Shown here: positions 1 to 7,810 of the stretch, piece by piece | Position numbering within the stretch: the stretch's first letter is position 1 | Layout: each line of letters opens with the position of its first letter | Source of the DNA: an uncultured Desulfosarcina sp. | Lineage (GTDB): Bacteria; Desulfobacterota; Desulfobacteria; Desulfobacterales; Desulfosarcinaceae | Reading direction: 5' to 3' | Assembly: GCA_963674945.2 (NCBI GenBank) | Contig: CAXXWQ010000003.1 | Span: 2,016,001 to 2,080,000 of the forward strand | Length of the DNA stretch: 64,000 nt | Translations under genes and position numbers: made by a program | Notes under the pieces: model-generated | The model's input: the letters and a program-made list of their open reading frames with translations, nothing else | Told to the model about the DNA's origin: nothing | The model's database searches: none

Positions 1-897
1 CAATATTTTACAGGCCTCCTCTTCTAAATCCTCATCCCGTGCTTCCTTCAAAGCGTCTCGCAGGGTTTCAAGCTTTTCGTTAAATGCGTCCATCTGGCTT
101 TGCGTCATCTTGGCATTAAGATCACCGTATGGCTGAACCGGCAGGGAGATTGTTAGCCAATCATTATTATCAAAATTATTTAACATCATATCACATAAGG
201 AAATCAGGGCGTTAATATCCTCATATTCACCAGAAAACAAATCCTTATATGGGGAGAACCATTTTACGGCCGCAATTGTAAGGGCAATACTGAACGGTTT
301 GCCTGAATATAGCTTTTGGTCCCGCCACTTTTTAAGATAGCGGATACAGCGGCGCATTTGCGCTTTGTCATTGGCGTCGGTGAATCGGTTGTTAACTTCA
401 TTGATCAAACCCTTGGGGTCGGATATTTCCCAAAATTTTTTTTCGGAGTCTGAAAATTCTTTACCCATGGCAATATCAAGGAGCGATTCATACTGGCGTT
501 TAACATAAATTGCCAAGTCAACATGATAATCTACTTCACCATTTTTTAGATATTCCACGGTAACGCATGGCCGCCTTATCGCGACACTGCGGTTGCCTTT
601 GTTTAACGCGGTCTTTACAATTTTCTTTAATTCGACCGGATCTTCATAATCATCTTTATGGCAATCAAATATGATCCCCTCATCAATGTCATAATTGCCA
701 TCCTTGGGATTAATTCCGGTAAACATAGCATAGCTGCCCTGGTCAAAATTTTCAAAAGCGGGAGCGTCATCAGGTAAGCCGGCTTTCAGGTCATCAATCA
801 ACAATTTCCTTTTTTCGCGCAGGGTTTGATTCTCATTGAAGTTGTCGAGTTTTATTTTATTATGGAACTCAATAAATCGGTTCTGCACCTTAGGCAT
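1..897 (-). CDS. cGAS/DncV-like nucleotidyltransferase (CD-NTase, CBASS cyclase); 3' end truncated by the window edge
   Basis: Manual translation from ATG 897 (RBS AAGGAG), open to position 1: MPKVQNRFIEFHNKIKL...FDQGSYAMFTGINPKDGNYDIDEG...RRPCVTVEY...YHVDLAIY...SDPKGL...RRCIRYLKKWRD. This gives the hGS, DxD and third-Asp Pol-beta NTase motifs in a CD-NTase context. Missing from the ORF track because there is no stop in the window. Confidence 0.88.
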   Translation of the reverse strand, partial: MPKVQNRFIEFHNKIKLDNFNENQTLREKRKLLIDDLKAGLPDDAPAFENFDQGSYAMFTGINPKDGNYDIDEGIIFDCHKDDYEDPVELKKIVKTALNKGNRSVAIRRPCVTVEYLKNGEVDYHVDLAIYVKRQYESLLDIAMGKEFSDSEKKFWEISDPKGLINEVNNRFTDANDKAQMRRCIRYLKKWRDQKLYSGKPFSIALTIAAVKWFSPYKDLFSGEYEDINALISLCDMMLNNFDNNDWLTISLPVQPYGDLNAKMTQSQMDAFNEKLETLRDALKEARDEDLEEEACKIL

Positions 898-997
898 GTT
901 AAATCTCCTTTTACATCGATAGTATTTCTTTAATAAATAATAGATCTAAAACATTATAATCCTTTATGATACCTCTGTTCTTAAATACGAATAATTT

Positions 998-1111
998 ACC
1001 ATAACGCAGCTTATTTGTTTGTCAATACCATATATTGTGCGATATCATCGCAATGGATACAATATAGAGTGCCACAAAGTGGTATGCTACTTTCTTGTTT
1101 AAAAATGTCAG
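998..1111 (-). promoter_or_regulatory. CD-NTase promoter region: two sigma70-like promoters and tandem NrdR-box-like sites
   Basis: Minus strand TTGACA(1025-1020)-16-TATGGT(1003-998) and CTGACA(1111-1106)-16-TAGCAT(1089-1084). Boxes ATACCATATATTGTGC (1025-1040) and ATACAATATAGAGTGC (1057-1072) each match acaCwAtATaTwGtgt at 13/16 and are offset by 32 bp. Confidence 0.6.
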
Positions 1112-1183
1112 TCAAATTATCCGATTCATTCAATACCATTTTTAATAATAATAAGAGGCACATCCACTAAAGAATAATAATTC

Positions 1184-1312
1184 CTATTTTTTGATTTTTA
1201 TAGTTTCAACGACAGCGGTTCTTTTACGTCTTTCCGCTTCTTTCACCGGGATAAATTTACCGGTCCCGGCGTCTCTTCCAATCTTTCTGGTATTTGTTCT
1301 TTTCTTTCCCAT
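1184..1312 (-). CDS. 42-aa basic peptide MGKKRTNTRKIGRDAGTGKFIPVKEAERRKRTAVVETIKIKK
   Basis: ATG 1312 with AAAGGA RBS, TAG 1186-1184. The GRDAxTGxFIxVKEAxRRxxTxVVETI pattern is one I recall from small proteins beside ImmA/IrrE genes. Below the ORF-track cutoff. Confidence 0.7.
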   Translation of the reverse strand: MGKKRTNTRKIGRDAGTGKFIPVKEAERRKRTAVVETIKIKK

Positions 1313-1326
1313 TTCGAAATCCTTTC

Positions 1327-1585
1327 TTAATTGACCGTATAGTATTTCCACGGAATTGCATTCATCGGAACTTGAGATAAAAAGCGCACAATATCCCGAC
1401 GCCCATAATAAGTGGGAGTGCCTCTATGGTTTTGTGCCATTAGAACAACCGGCATATGGAAATAGACTGGCAAAGCTACGAATCGCTTCATTCGCTTGGC
1501 AAGAGCTTTGGGTGACTTGGTGTTTTACCACTACAATGGCAAAAGTTACGTTTTGTTCTTTTATGACCGCTCCTTGAATTCTCAT
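1327..1585 (-). pseudogene. Small conserved hypothetical protein (~86 aa) with a frameshift near 1456
   Basis: Frame 1 reads MRIQGAVIKEQNVTFAIVVVK...FASLFP and the shifted frame reads MPVVLMAQNHRGTPTYYGRRDIVRFLSQVPMNAIPWKYYTVN*. The join CCA-T-ATG lacks 2 nt. Strong RBS (AAGGA) upstream. Confidence 0.65.
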
Positions 1586-1609
1586 TCTATCCTTTCCCTT
1601 TCATATATA

Positions 1610-1688
1610 ATACGATGACGGGTTACAGGTTTTATGATATGGAAGATACATTTCCATCTTCTAATATAATATACGACATGGGGTTACA
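1610..1688. promoter_or_regulatory. Two copies of the ATACGA-N5-GGTTACA motif in the divergent intergenic region
   Basis: ATACGAtgacgGGTTACA at 1610-1627 and ATACGAcatggGGTTACA at 1671-1688; a third copy lies at 4627-4644. Confidence 0.65.
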
Positions 1689-1699
1689 GAGGAGGGGAT

Positions 1700-2224
1700 A
1701 TGGATAAACCAAGATACGGCTATGCCAGGCAACTAGCCAGAAAAGTAATAAAAGATTGTTGTGGTGCTTGCCCGCCGGTTGATTTAAAATCAATCTTAGC
1801 TCAAAAAGGTTTTGAGTATATTGAGGTAGATAACTTTCTTGATGATATCGATGCTTTATTTTTACGTAATGAAAACGACGGAAAAACCTATGCCGCCGTG
1901 AATAAGAACCATCATGTCCATCGACAGCGATTCTCTCTGGCTCATGAATTTGGGCATATTTTGATGAACCATGATCTTAATTACTATCGGCCCTACATTA
2001 CTATTGACGATCCCCCTACAGAGAAAACCCATACCGATGCTGAAGCGGCCTCTGAAAAAGAGGCTAATGCCTTTGCTGGTGAACTCTTAGTGCCGTTAGA
2101 AATGCTAAAGAAGGAATTCGAAAAGACTCCTCCTGATATAAAGCAATTATCAAAGATATTCTGGGTGAGCCCGCAGGTAGCAAGTATCGCTGTGAGCAAC
2201 CATATGAGCGCATTATATAAGTAA
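1700..2224 (+). CDS. ImmA/IrrE (DUF955) family zinc metallopeptidase
   Basis: RQRFSLAHEFGH (HExxH) and EKEANAFAGELLVP motifs, N-terminal PPVD, GGAGG RBS. Confidence 0.93.
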   Translation: MDKPRYGYARQLARKVIKDCCGACPPVDLKSILAQKGFEYIEVDNFLDDIDALFLRNENDGKTYAAVNKNHHVHRQRFSLAHEFGHILMNHDLNYYRPYITIDDPPTEKTHTDAEAASEKEANAFAGELLVPLEMLKKEFEKTPPDIKQLSKIFWVSPQVASIAVSNHMSALYK

Positions 2225-2917
2225 GTCTTTAGCGTCTCTTTTAAGTAATTCCTGTTTTAGGGAATCTATGTAAGCGGATTCGATTTTTTCCGTTTCCACT
2301 CGGCCATGACCCTTCTTTTTTTCAATCGCCGCTTGAAGGGCATCCATGGCGTGTGCTATTCGAGCGCTTTTGTCTCCGGCGTCTGACTTGATCGATGACC
2401 TTGCCATTCCGCTTATTCTTTGCCGTTTAGCCGCATTAGTAGCCAAAAATGCATTCAAAGTAGTAACAATATCAGTGATGGTCAGTCTGAACAATTGCAT
2501 AATATCCGCCATATCTTTAGCCATCAGTTTCAACGGATTGATCTGGCCATTTTCTAATCTCTCAACAAACGAGGATTCTTTATTTAAGGAATGAGCAACC
2601 TGGGAATGTGATAATCCGCTCCTATCTCTGATCAGTTGGAGAAAGCGTCCCAAGGGTAGGCTTGAAATATGTGTTTTAGCGCGAGCTTCCACAATTGCGT
2701 TTTCTGAAGAAGCTTTGGCTACTATATTATAAAAAGTGTCTTTTTCAGTGATTTTCAATTCTGTCGGCTCTATCTGATTAAATAGCCTCTCAAGATTATC
2801 TTCCATGGCGCTGTCAAAAGCACCATTCTCGGCCATGGCCCGCAATTCTGCATCAAACCTCGTCAAATCCAATTTTTTGATTTTATCAATTTGATGTTTT
2901 TTCATTACTGGCCTCAA
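2213..2917 (-). CDS. XRE-family HTH protein with N- and C-terminal extensions (probable peptidase substrate or anti-sigma); start may be ATG 2905
   Basis: LGRFLQLIRDRSGLSHSQVAHSLNKESSFVERLENGQINP is an XRE HTH. Overlaps the 3' end of the sigma gene and converges on the peptidase. Confidence 0.8.
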   Translation of the reverse strand: MRPVMKKHQIDKIKKLDLTRFDAELRAMAENGAFDSAMEDNLERLFNQIEPTELKITEKDTFYNIVAKASSENAIVEARAKTHISSLPLGRFLQLIRDRSGLSHSQVAHSLNKESSFVERLENGQINPLKLMAKDMADIMQLFRLTITDIVTTLNAFLATNAAKRQRISGMARSSIKSDAGDKSARIAHAMDALQAAIEKKKGHGRVETEKIESAYIDSLKQELLKRDAKDLLI

Positions 2918-3341
2918 TCCCGAATCTTTTTTTTATTTTTATAGAAACGCATTGATCTTCGTAAGAATCTAAAATGATTAAAATTTTATCTCTCAATTTA
3001 TTTTTTGCTCGATGATAGGCTGTTTTTACAGCTCCGACGGTTTTGTTTAAAGATTTTGCAATTTCTTTTTGCGGGATGTCACAAGCGCAACATCTTAGAA
3101 TTTCTTGATCAGTTTCACTTAGGCATTCAATAGCTTGGCACAAAATCGTTTGGGGTAGGTTTTGCTCTGAGTTTGCAGGTTCCTTCCAAAATGTTTCAGA
3201 ATCCTGAATCCCTTTCGCGGTCCGTTCATCTAAACTTTGTGATATCGAAGGATCTTTAATTTGCTTTATTTTATCTTTGGCGGTGTTGATGGCTATACGT
3301 ACCACCCAAGCGTTAAAGCTACTGCCTCTATTTAAATCAAT

Positions 3342-4389
3342 CTGGGGTATGCACTTGACTCCAGTGGCCACAACATATAGTGTACCAGTCTATGGAGGAA
3401 GATTACCCCAGAACGTTGATAGAATTTGAAAAACGATTTAGCTCTGAAGCTGGATGCACTGACTATTTGATGGCTCTTAGATGGCCCGAAGGCTTCCGTT
3501 GCCCTCATTGCGGTTCTGCATCCTCGTGGAGAACTAAACGATCCCAGTTTCATTGTACTGATTGTGGAAATCAATCTACGATAACTTCCGGTACAATTTT
3601 TCACGGCACCAGAAAGCCCTTGTCTCTTTGGTTTCGGGCTATGTGGCACATTACAGGTCAGAAGTACGGAGCTAATGCACTTGGGCTTCAGAGAGTACTT
3701 AACCTTGGGAGTTATAATACCGCCTGGCAATGGCTCCATAAACTTCGAAGAGCAATGGTTCGTCCAGGACGTGACCGATTGTCCGGGATTGTTGAAGTTG
3801 ATGAAACCTATGTCGGTGGGAAAAAGTCTGGAAAACGCGGTCGGGGTGCTGAAGGTAAAGCTTTGGTCGGTATTGCCGTGGAGGATAAAGGCCGAAAAGG
3901 AATTGGGCGAATTAGACTCTGGCACCTCGAAGACGCATCGGGAGATAGTCTGACTCAATTTGTACAAGAAATCGCCCAGCCAGGCAGCACCATCAGGACG
4001 GATGATTGGCCCGGCTATAGCAGCCTTGGCGATAAAGGATTTAAGCATATTGCGATTCCATCGCATGACTTGAAGATTGTACATTTGGTAGCGTCGCTCA
4101 TGAAACGATGGTTACTTGGTACTTATCAAGGGGCGGTCAGACCGTCTCATTTGATGTACTATTTGGATGAATTCACATTCAGGTTCAACCGTAGAACATC
4201 AGTGTCTCGCGGAAAACTATTTTACAGGCTGGTCCAACAGGCCGTGATGGTGGACCCTGCCCCAGCTAGTACTCTTAAAGGTGCATCGTTACCGTTTTTG
4301 GAAGGGGCAGCAAATTTAAATCTCGATCCAATTGACGATGACCTGGGCCACAACATATAGTATGTGCTGGATTTAAGTGCATACCCCAG
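3342..4389 (+). mobile_element. IS1595-family insertion sequence, copy 1 (1048 bp)
   Basis: Perfect 15-bp TIRs CTGGGGTATGCACTT/AAGTGCATACCCCAG. Flanks share TTAAATCAA (3332-3340, 4390-4398) with one extra base on the left. Confidence 0.95.
3380..4360 (+). CDS. IS1595-family DDE transposase
   Basis: CPHC/CTDC zinc ribbon, VEVDETYVGG, RTDDW and YLDEFTFRFNRR motifs. Confidence 0.95.
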   Translation: MYQSMEEDYPRTLIEFEKRFSSEAGCTDYLMALRWPEGFRCPHCGSASSWRTKRSQFHCTDCGNQSTITSGTIFHGTRKPLSLWFRAMWHITGQKYGANALGLQRVLNLGSYNTAWQWLHKLRRAMVRPGRDRLSGIVEVDETYVGGKKSGKRGRGAEGKALVGIAVEDKGRKGIGRIRLWHLEDASGDSLTQFVQEIAQPGSTIRTDDWPGYSSLGDKGFKHIAIPSHDLKIVHLVASLMKRWLLGTYQGAVRPSHLMYYLDEFTFRFNRRTSVSRGKLFYRLVQQAVMVDPAPASTLKGASLPFLEGAANLNLDPIDDDLGHNI

Positions 4390-4626
4390 TTAAATCAAAT
4401 TTACCAATATTTTTAACAACTTTGTAAAGGCTGTCATTTACCACTTCCAGGCTATCTTGGTGTGATAATCCGTATGATTTGGTCAAAGATAATAACTTGC
4501 CGGAATATCTATCAACCAATAACTTCAGGCAGATAGGATCATTTGCCCTAATACCAAGAACAAGGTCAGAGTCTTTTGTTTGCGCATCCATCTTTATCCG
4601 CATTTGCTTTCATTCTTTTTTATACA

Positions 4627-4644
4627 ATACGAAAGTTGGTTACA
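4627..4644. promoter_or_regulatory. Third ATACGA-N5-GGTTACA motif, directly upstream of the ECF sigma gene
   Basis: ATACGAaagttGGTTACA, 24 bp upstream of the sigma start and in the same orientation relative to minus-strand genes as the 1610 copy. Confidence 0.6.
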
Positions 4645-4745
4645 CAACGAGCAACCATAGCCACGCCGCCACAAATCCCGGCAAGAGGTATTGAAGCAGA
4701 GAAACAAAATCTTTGGCAAATGTCTCCATCAGTGCCTCTAAAAAA

Positions 4746-5066
4746 TTATAAAGCCAAAAGCTTCAGAAGAGAGGGCACTTTTGATGCGACCTTTACCGCT
4801 ACCTCACCAAGCTGTTCAATTTGGCGCTTTAGCTCCGCTTGACTCGTATTATTGGCAGAGGCGGCTTTAACAACCACCATCAATTCATCATATTTTTGCA
4901 GATCAGTAATTCCCGGGGTGATTTTATCAATTTGGTCGCGGGATAACCCGGCCAGTTCGTTGAGATGATCTTTGTATTTTCCCATGAAAGCTTTTTTGCT
5001 TTCCTTCAATGTCTCTTGTAGATCCGAACTGAAACCCTCTAAATCAAATTCAAAATCATCTGACAT
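4746..5066 (-). CDS. Hypothetical helical protein (106 aa)
   Basis: Clean ORF with AAAGGA RBS, 17 bp downstream of the lipoprotein gene. Confidence 0.75.
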   Translation of the reverse strand: MSDDFEFDLEGFSSDLQETLKESKKAFMGKYKDHLNELAGLSRDQIDKITPGITDLQKYDELMVVVKAASANNTSQAELKRQIEQLGEVAVKVASKVPSLLKLLAL

Positions 5067-5083
5067 TGCATTATATCCTTTCT

Positions 5084-5818
5084 TTAAATATTAAGTTTGG
5101 CTTTAAGCTCTTCAATCGTATCCTTAATGTCTTTAACCTTTTCGGTTATATCATCAATTTTATCGCCATAACCTTCAGCCGAATCAACAATTTCACCCAC
5201 CTTGGCTGATGCCTCTGCCAAACTCTGGCTTACTTCTGTCCTCAAATCCCTTTCCACTCCAACTTCTGCCAATATTTCCGATTGAGCGTCATGTACCTTT
5301 TTAATCGAAGCCAAATGGCCAGTAACGACCGCATTTGCATACTGTAGTTGGGTGTAGGCCCTGTCAATCGATCCAATAACTTCTTTTTTCTGAGTACGGA
5401 TTGGTTCGAGCAATTCTGATCTAGTATTTTCGATATCAGTTTGAATGGCTCTCACCATTATTTCCATTCCGGCGAGGACTTTCCTTTGCAATTCAGGCGA
5501 GCCTTGGTCGCTAAAGGCTTTGTTAATGGCTATCAGCAAAGATTTGTTGCGTTGAGTTTGGTCCGGGCTGTCTGCCAGTTCCTTTTGCCGAGCCATGGCC
5601 GCGTTAATTTGGTGAGGAGCATATACATCGTCAATAAAGCGGTTAATATCCTTTTCCATGCGTTCAAACATAATTCCCGCCAACTGCCGATGAGCCTCAT
5701 GAGCAACAACCAAATCCCTGCCGACCGTAGCTGATAATTCAACTGACTCTTTTGGAACCGACGCACAGGAAAATAAAAAAACCGCAATAATAAGGCCTAT
5801 TAAAAATCTAATCTTCAT
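5084..5818 (-). CDS. Alpha-helical/coiled-coil lipoprotein
   Basis: Start MKIRFLIG (ATG 5818, GGAGG RBS), hydrophobic signal with lipobox LFSC and long amphipathic helices. Confidence 0.8.
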   Translation of the reverse strand: MKIRFLIGLIIAVFLFSCASVPKESVELSATVGRDLVVAHEAHRQLAGIMFERMEKDINRFIDDVYAPHQINAAMARQKELADSPDQTQRNKSLLIAINKAFSDQGSPELQRKVLAGMEIMVRAIQTDIENTRSELLEPIRTQKKEVIGSIDRAYTQLQYANAVVTGHLASIKKVHDAQSEILAEVGVERDLRTEVSQSLAEASAKVGEIVDSAEGYGDKIDDITEKVKDIKDTIEELKAKLNI

Positions 5819-6367
5819 TCCTCCTCCTTTAGGCAAAACTTTCCAAATCCAAAATCAGAAAGATCTCACCCGAACAAAGGTCTCCTTTATAATGTTGATT
5901 AAGGATTCGGTCAGCATGAGAATCTCTTTTAGTGGACCAAAACCTCAATAATAGTTTGTTCCACTATCATCTGTTTAGTGAAAGCTATCCGCATTGCGTC
6001 TGTCATTTTCATGGTATATAGTAATTGGGCATTCAAAGTTCGCAAAAAATTCATTACAAGTCAACATTTTACTCATTTTTCCACCTATCATTTATTCCTT
6101 TTATTCGCCGTCCTCTACCAGCCTCGCACCCAAAAGGAAGGCATCAAACCGTCCGTCAAGTTCATTGCGCTTTCCACCGGCCAATTAGAGTGAGCCACTC
6201 GCCCAAATACCTCTTGACACTAAATTACAGCCATAATACCTACAAGATATAGGTTATTTCCAATTAACCTAAAGTTCCTCTCGTAGAAAAATATTTCTAA
6301 TCGATAAGAAGTTTTACCATTTTTAAAGACAAGCAAAATTGTTTTTCAAAATTTACAGAGGTCCAGA

Positions 6368-7291
6368 ATGGAATCCAATATACAATTCAAATACGAGGTA
6401 GCGCTGACATTCGCCGGCGAAGACCGCGCCTTTGCCGAAGCCGTGGCCACAGGCCTAAAATCTGCCGGCGTAAACGTTTTTTACGACGATTTCTATATCG
6501 AGGACTTATGGGGACAGGATTTAAGCGTCAAACTGAGGGACGTTTACCGCCGGTCAAGCCAATTCTGTATCATGATCATCTCAGAAAACTATGTCCGCAA
6601 AATGTGGCCCAGCCATGAGCGCCAGCAGGCCATTGAACGAATGATACAGGATCATGGCAAAACATACATCCTGCCCGTCCGGCTTAATGGCTTTAAAGGG
6701 GAAGTTCCGGGCTTTTCTGACTCAATCAGCTACCTGGCCGTGAATAGTAACGACCCGCAAATTGTCGTGGACGCCTTTCTTAGAAAAATCGGCCGAAAAC
6801 CCGATTCTCCTAAAAAAACCAAAACAAGACAGGAAATGCCTAAAATCCGTCTTCCCAAAATGAAAAAGTCCTATACGGATAGAGAAAAAAACCAATTCCT
6901 AAAAGCCTCATTTACCGAAATAGTCAATATTATTGACAGCTTTGCCAGCGGCACCAAAGACGAATATCCTCATTTTGATTACGAGATGGAAAAGATAACC
7001 TCCCGGAAAGTACTGTTCACTCTTTATAATAATGACCAGCAAGTAACCCAGTTCAAAATCTGGATTGGCGGCATCTCAGGGGGGAATTCCATTGCTTTTT
7101 CCCACGGGCGAAATGTCAACGTAGATAATGACAATACCATGAATGAGTCAATATCCATAGAAGAGCACGAAGGCGAACTCAAATTAAAACCAATGGGATT
7201 TGGCCTGTTCGGCAATAATGCTGACAAACCAATGTCGCCCCGACAGTCAGCGGATTACCTTTGGGAAGTTGTTACCAAACATCTGCAATAA
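6368..7291 (+). CDS. TIR-domain protein (TIR_2/TcpC-like N-terminus) with an uncharacterised C-terminal domain
   Basis: YEVALTFAGEDR...VFYDDF...LWGQDL...ISENYVRKMWPSHER (WxxxE catalytic Glu)...YILPVRL. Confidence 0.88.
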   Translation: MESNIQFKYEVALTFAGEDRAFAEAVATGLKSAGVNVFYDDFYIEDLWGQDLSVKLRDVYRRSSQFCIMIISENYVRKMWPSHERQQAIERMIQDHGKTYILPVRLNGFKGEVPGFSDSISYLAVNSNDPQIVVDAFLRKIGRKPDSPKKTKTRQEMPKIRLPKMKKSYTDREKNQFLKASFTEIVNIIDSFASGTKDEYPHFDYEMEKITSRKVLFTLYNNDQQVTQFKIWIGGISGGNSIAFSHGRNVNVDNDNTMNESISIEEHEGELKLKPMGFGLFGNNADKPMSPRQSADYLWEVVTKHLQ

Positions 7292-7301
7292 GGATAAAAC
7301 C

Positions 7302-7751
7302 ATGGAAGAGGAGATTAGTACTTTTGAGGAGTATTTATATGTTTATCAGAATCTGCACACCACCGCTCAAGAATTGTTTGATAAAGTAAAAAGAGTGGTA
7401 ACTGCGGATAAAGAAGCTTTTACTATTATTAAAGAAAAATCAGAAGACACCTTGTCGATAACGATTAAGATGTGTGGCTTTAAAATCAAAAGTGTCCTTG
7501 TTATCAATTCCTCAAGGGAGATCGGCCATATCAATTGGTATCATCTGTATTTTGACGAAAATGAACAGAAAGACCGGGGAGAGCTTGTATGTGAACAGTT
7601 TTTTGATACTAAGGGTTTGATATATAAAGACGAATTAAAGCAACATCCCTTATTATTCCAAATGCGGGGACGCTTCGACTCCTATTTAAAAAAAACCTTT
7701 TTCCAAATTTTCCAGGCTATAGACAACAAAGGCAACACTGGACGCAATTGA
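7302..7751 (+). CDS. Hypothetical protein (149 aa from ATG 7302)
   Basis: AAGGA RBS overlaps the TIR stop; co-oriented between the TIR and EEP genes. Confidence 0.7.
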   Translation: MEEEISTFEEYLYVYQNLHTTAQELFDKVKRVVTADKEAFTIIKEKSEDTLSITIKMCGFKIKSVLVINSSREIGHINWYHLYFDENEQKDRGELVCEQFFDTKGLIYKDELKQHPLLFQMRGRFDSYLKKTFFQIFQAIDNKGNTGRN

Positions 7752-7810
7752 TTTCCTCTGATCATTAAAGGAGCATATATACCTCTAAAAAAGGCATAGG
7801 AGGCCAAATC

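Larger units (their letters stand above)
2886..4603 (-). pseudogene. ECF-type sigma-70 factor (~219 aa reconstructed) split by IS1595
   Basis: N-part 4603-4390 (LVDRYSGKL...EVVNDSLYKVVKNIGKFDL) joins in frame to 3331-2886 (NRGSSFNAWVVRIAINTAKD...LSETDQEIL...QKEIAKSLNKTVGAVKTAYHRAKNKLR), giving sigma regions 2 and 4. Confidence 0.88.

Noticed and set aside
984..1002. AATACGA-ataat-TTACCAT as a fourth copy of the sigma-associated motif
   Set aside because: The second half does not match GGTTACA at the right spacing and is better explained as a -10 region.
3332..4084. 250-284-aa antisense ORFs and 92-aa internal ORFs in each IS1595 copy
   Set aside because: Shadow frames of the transposase with no motifs; their ends vary with flanking DNA.
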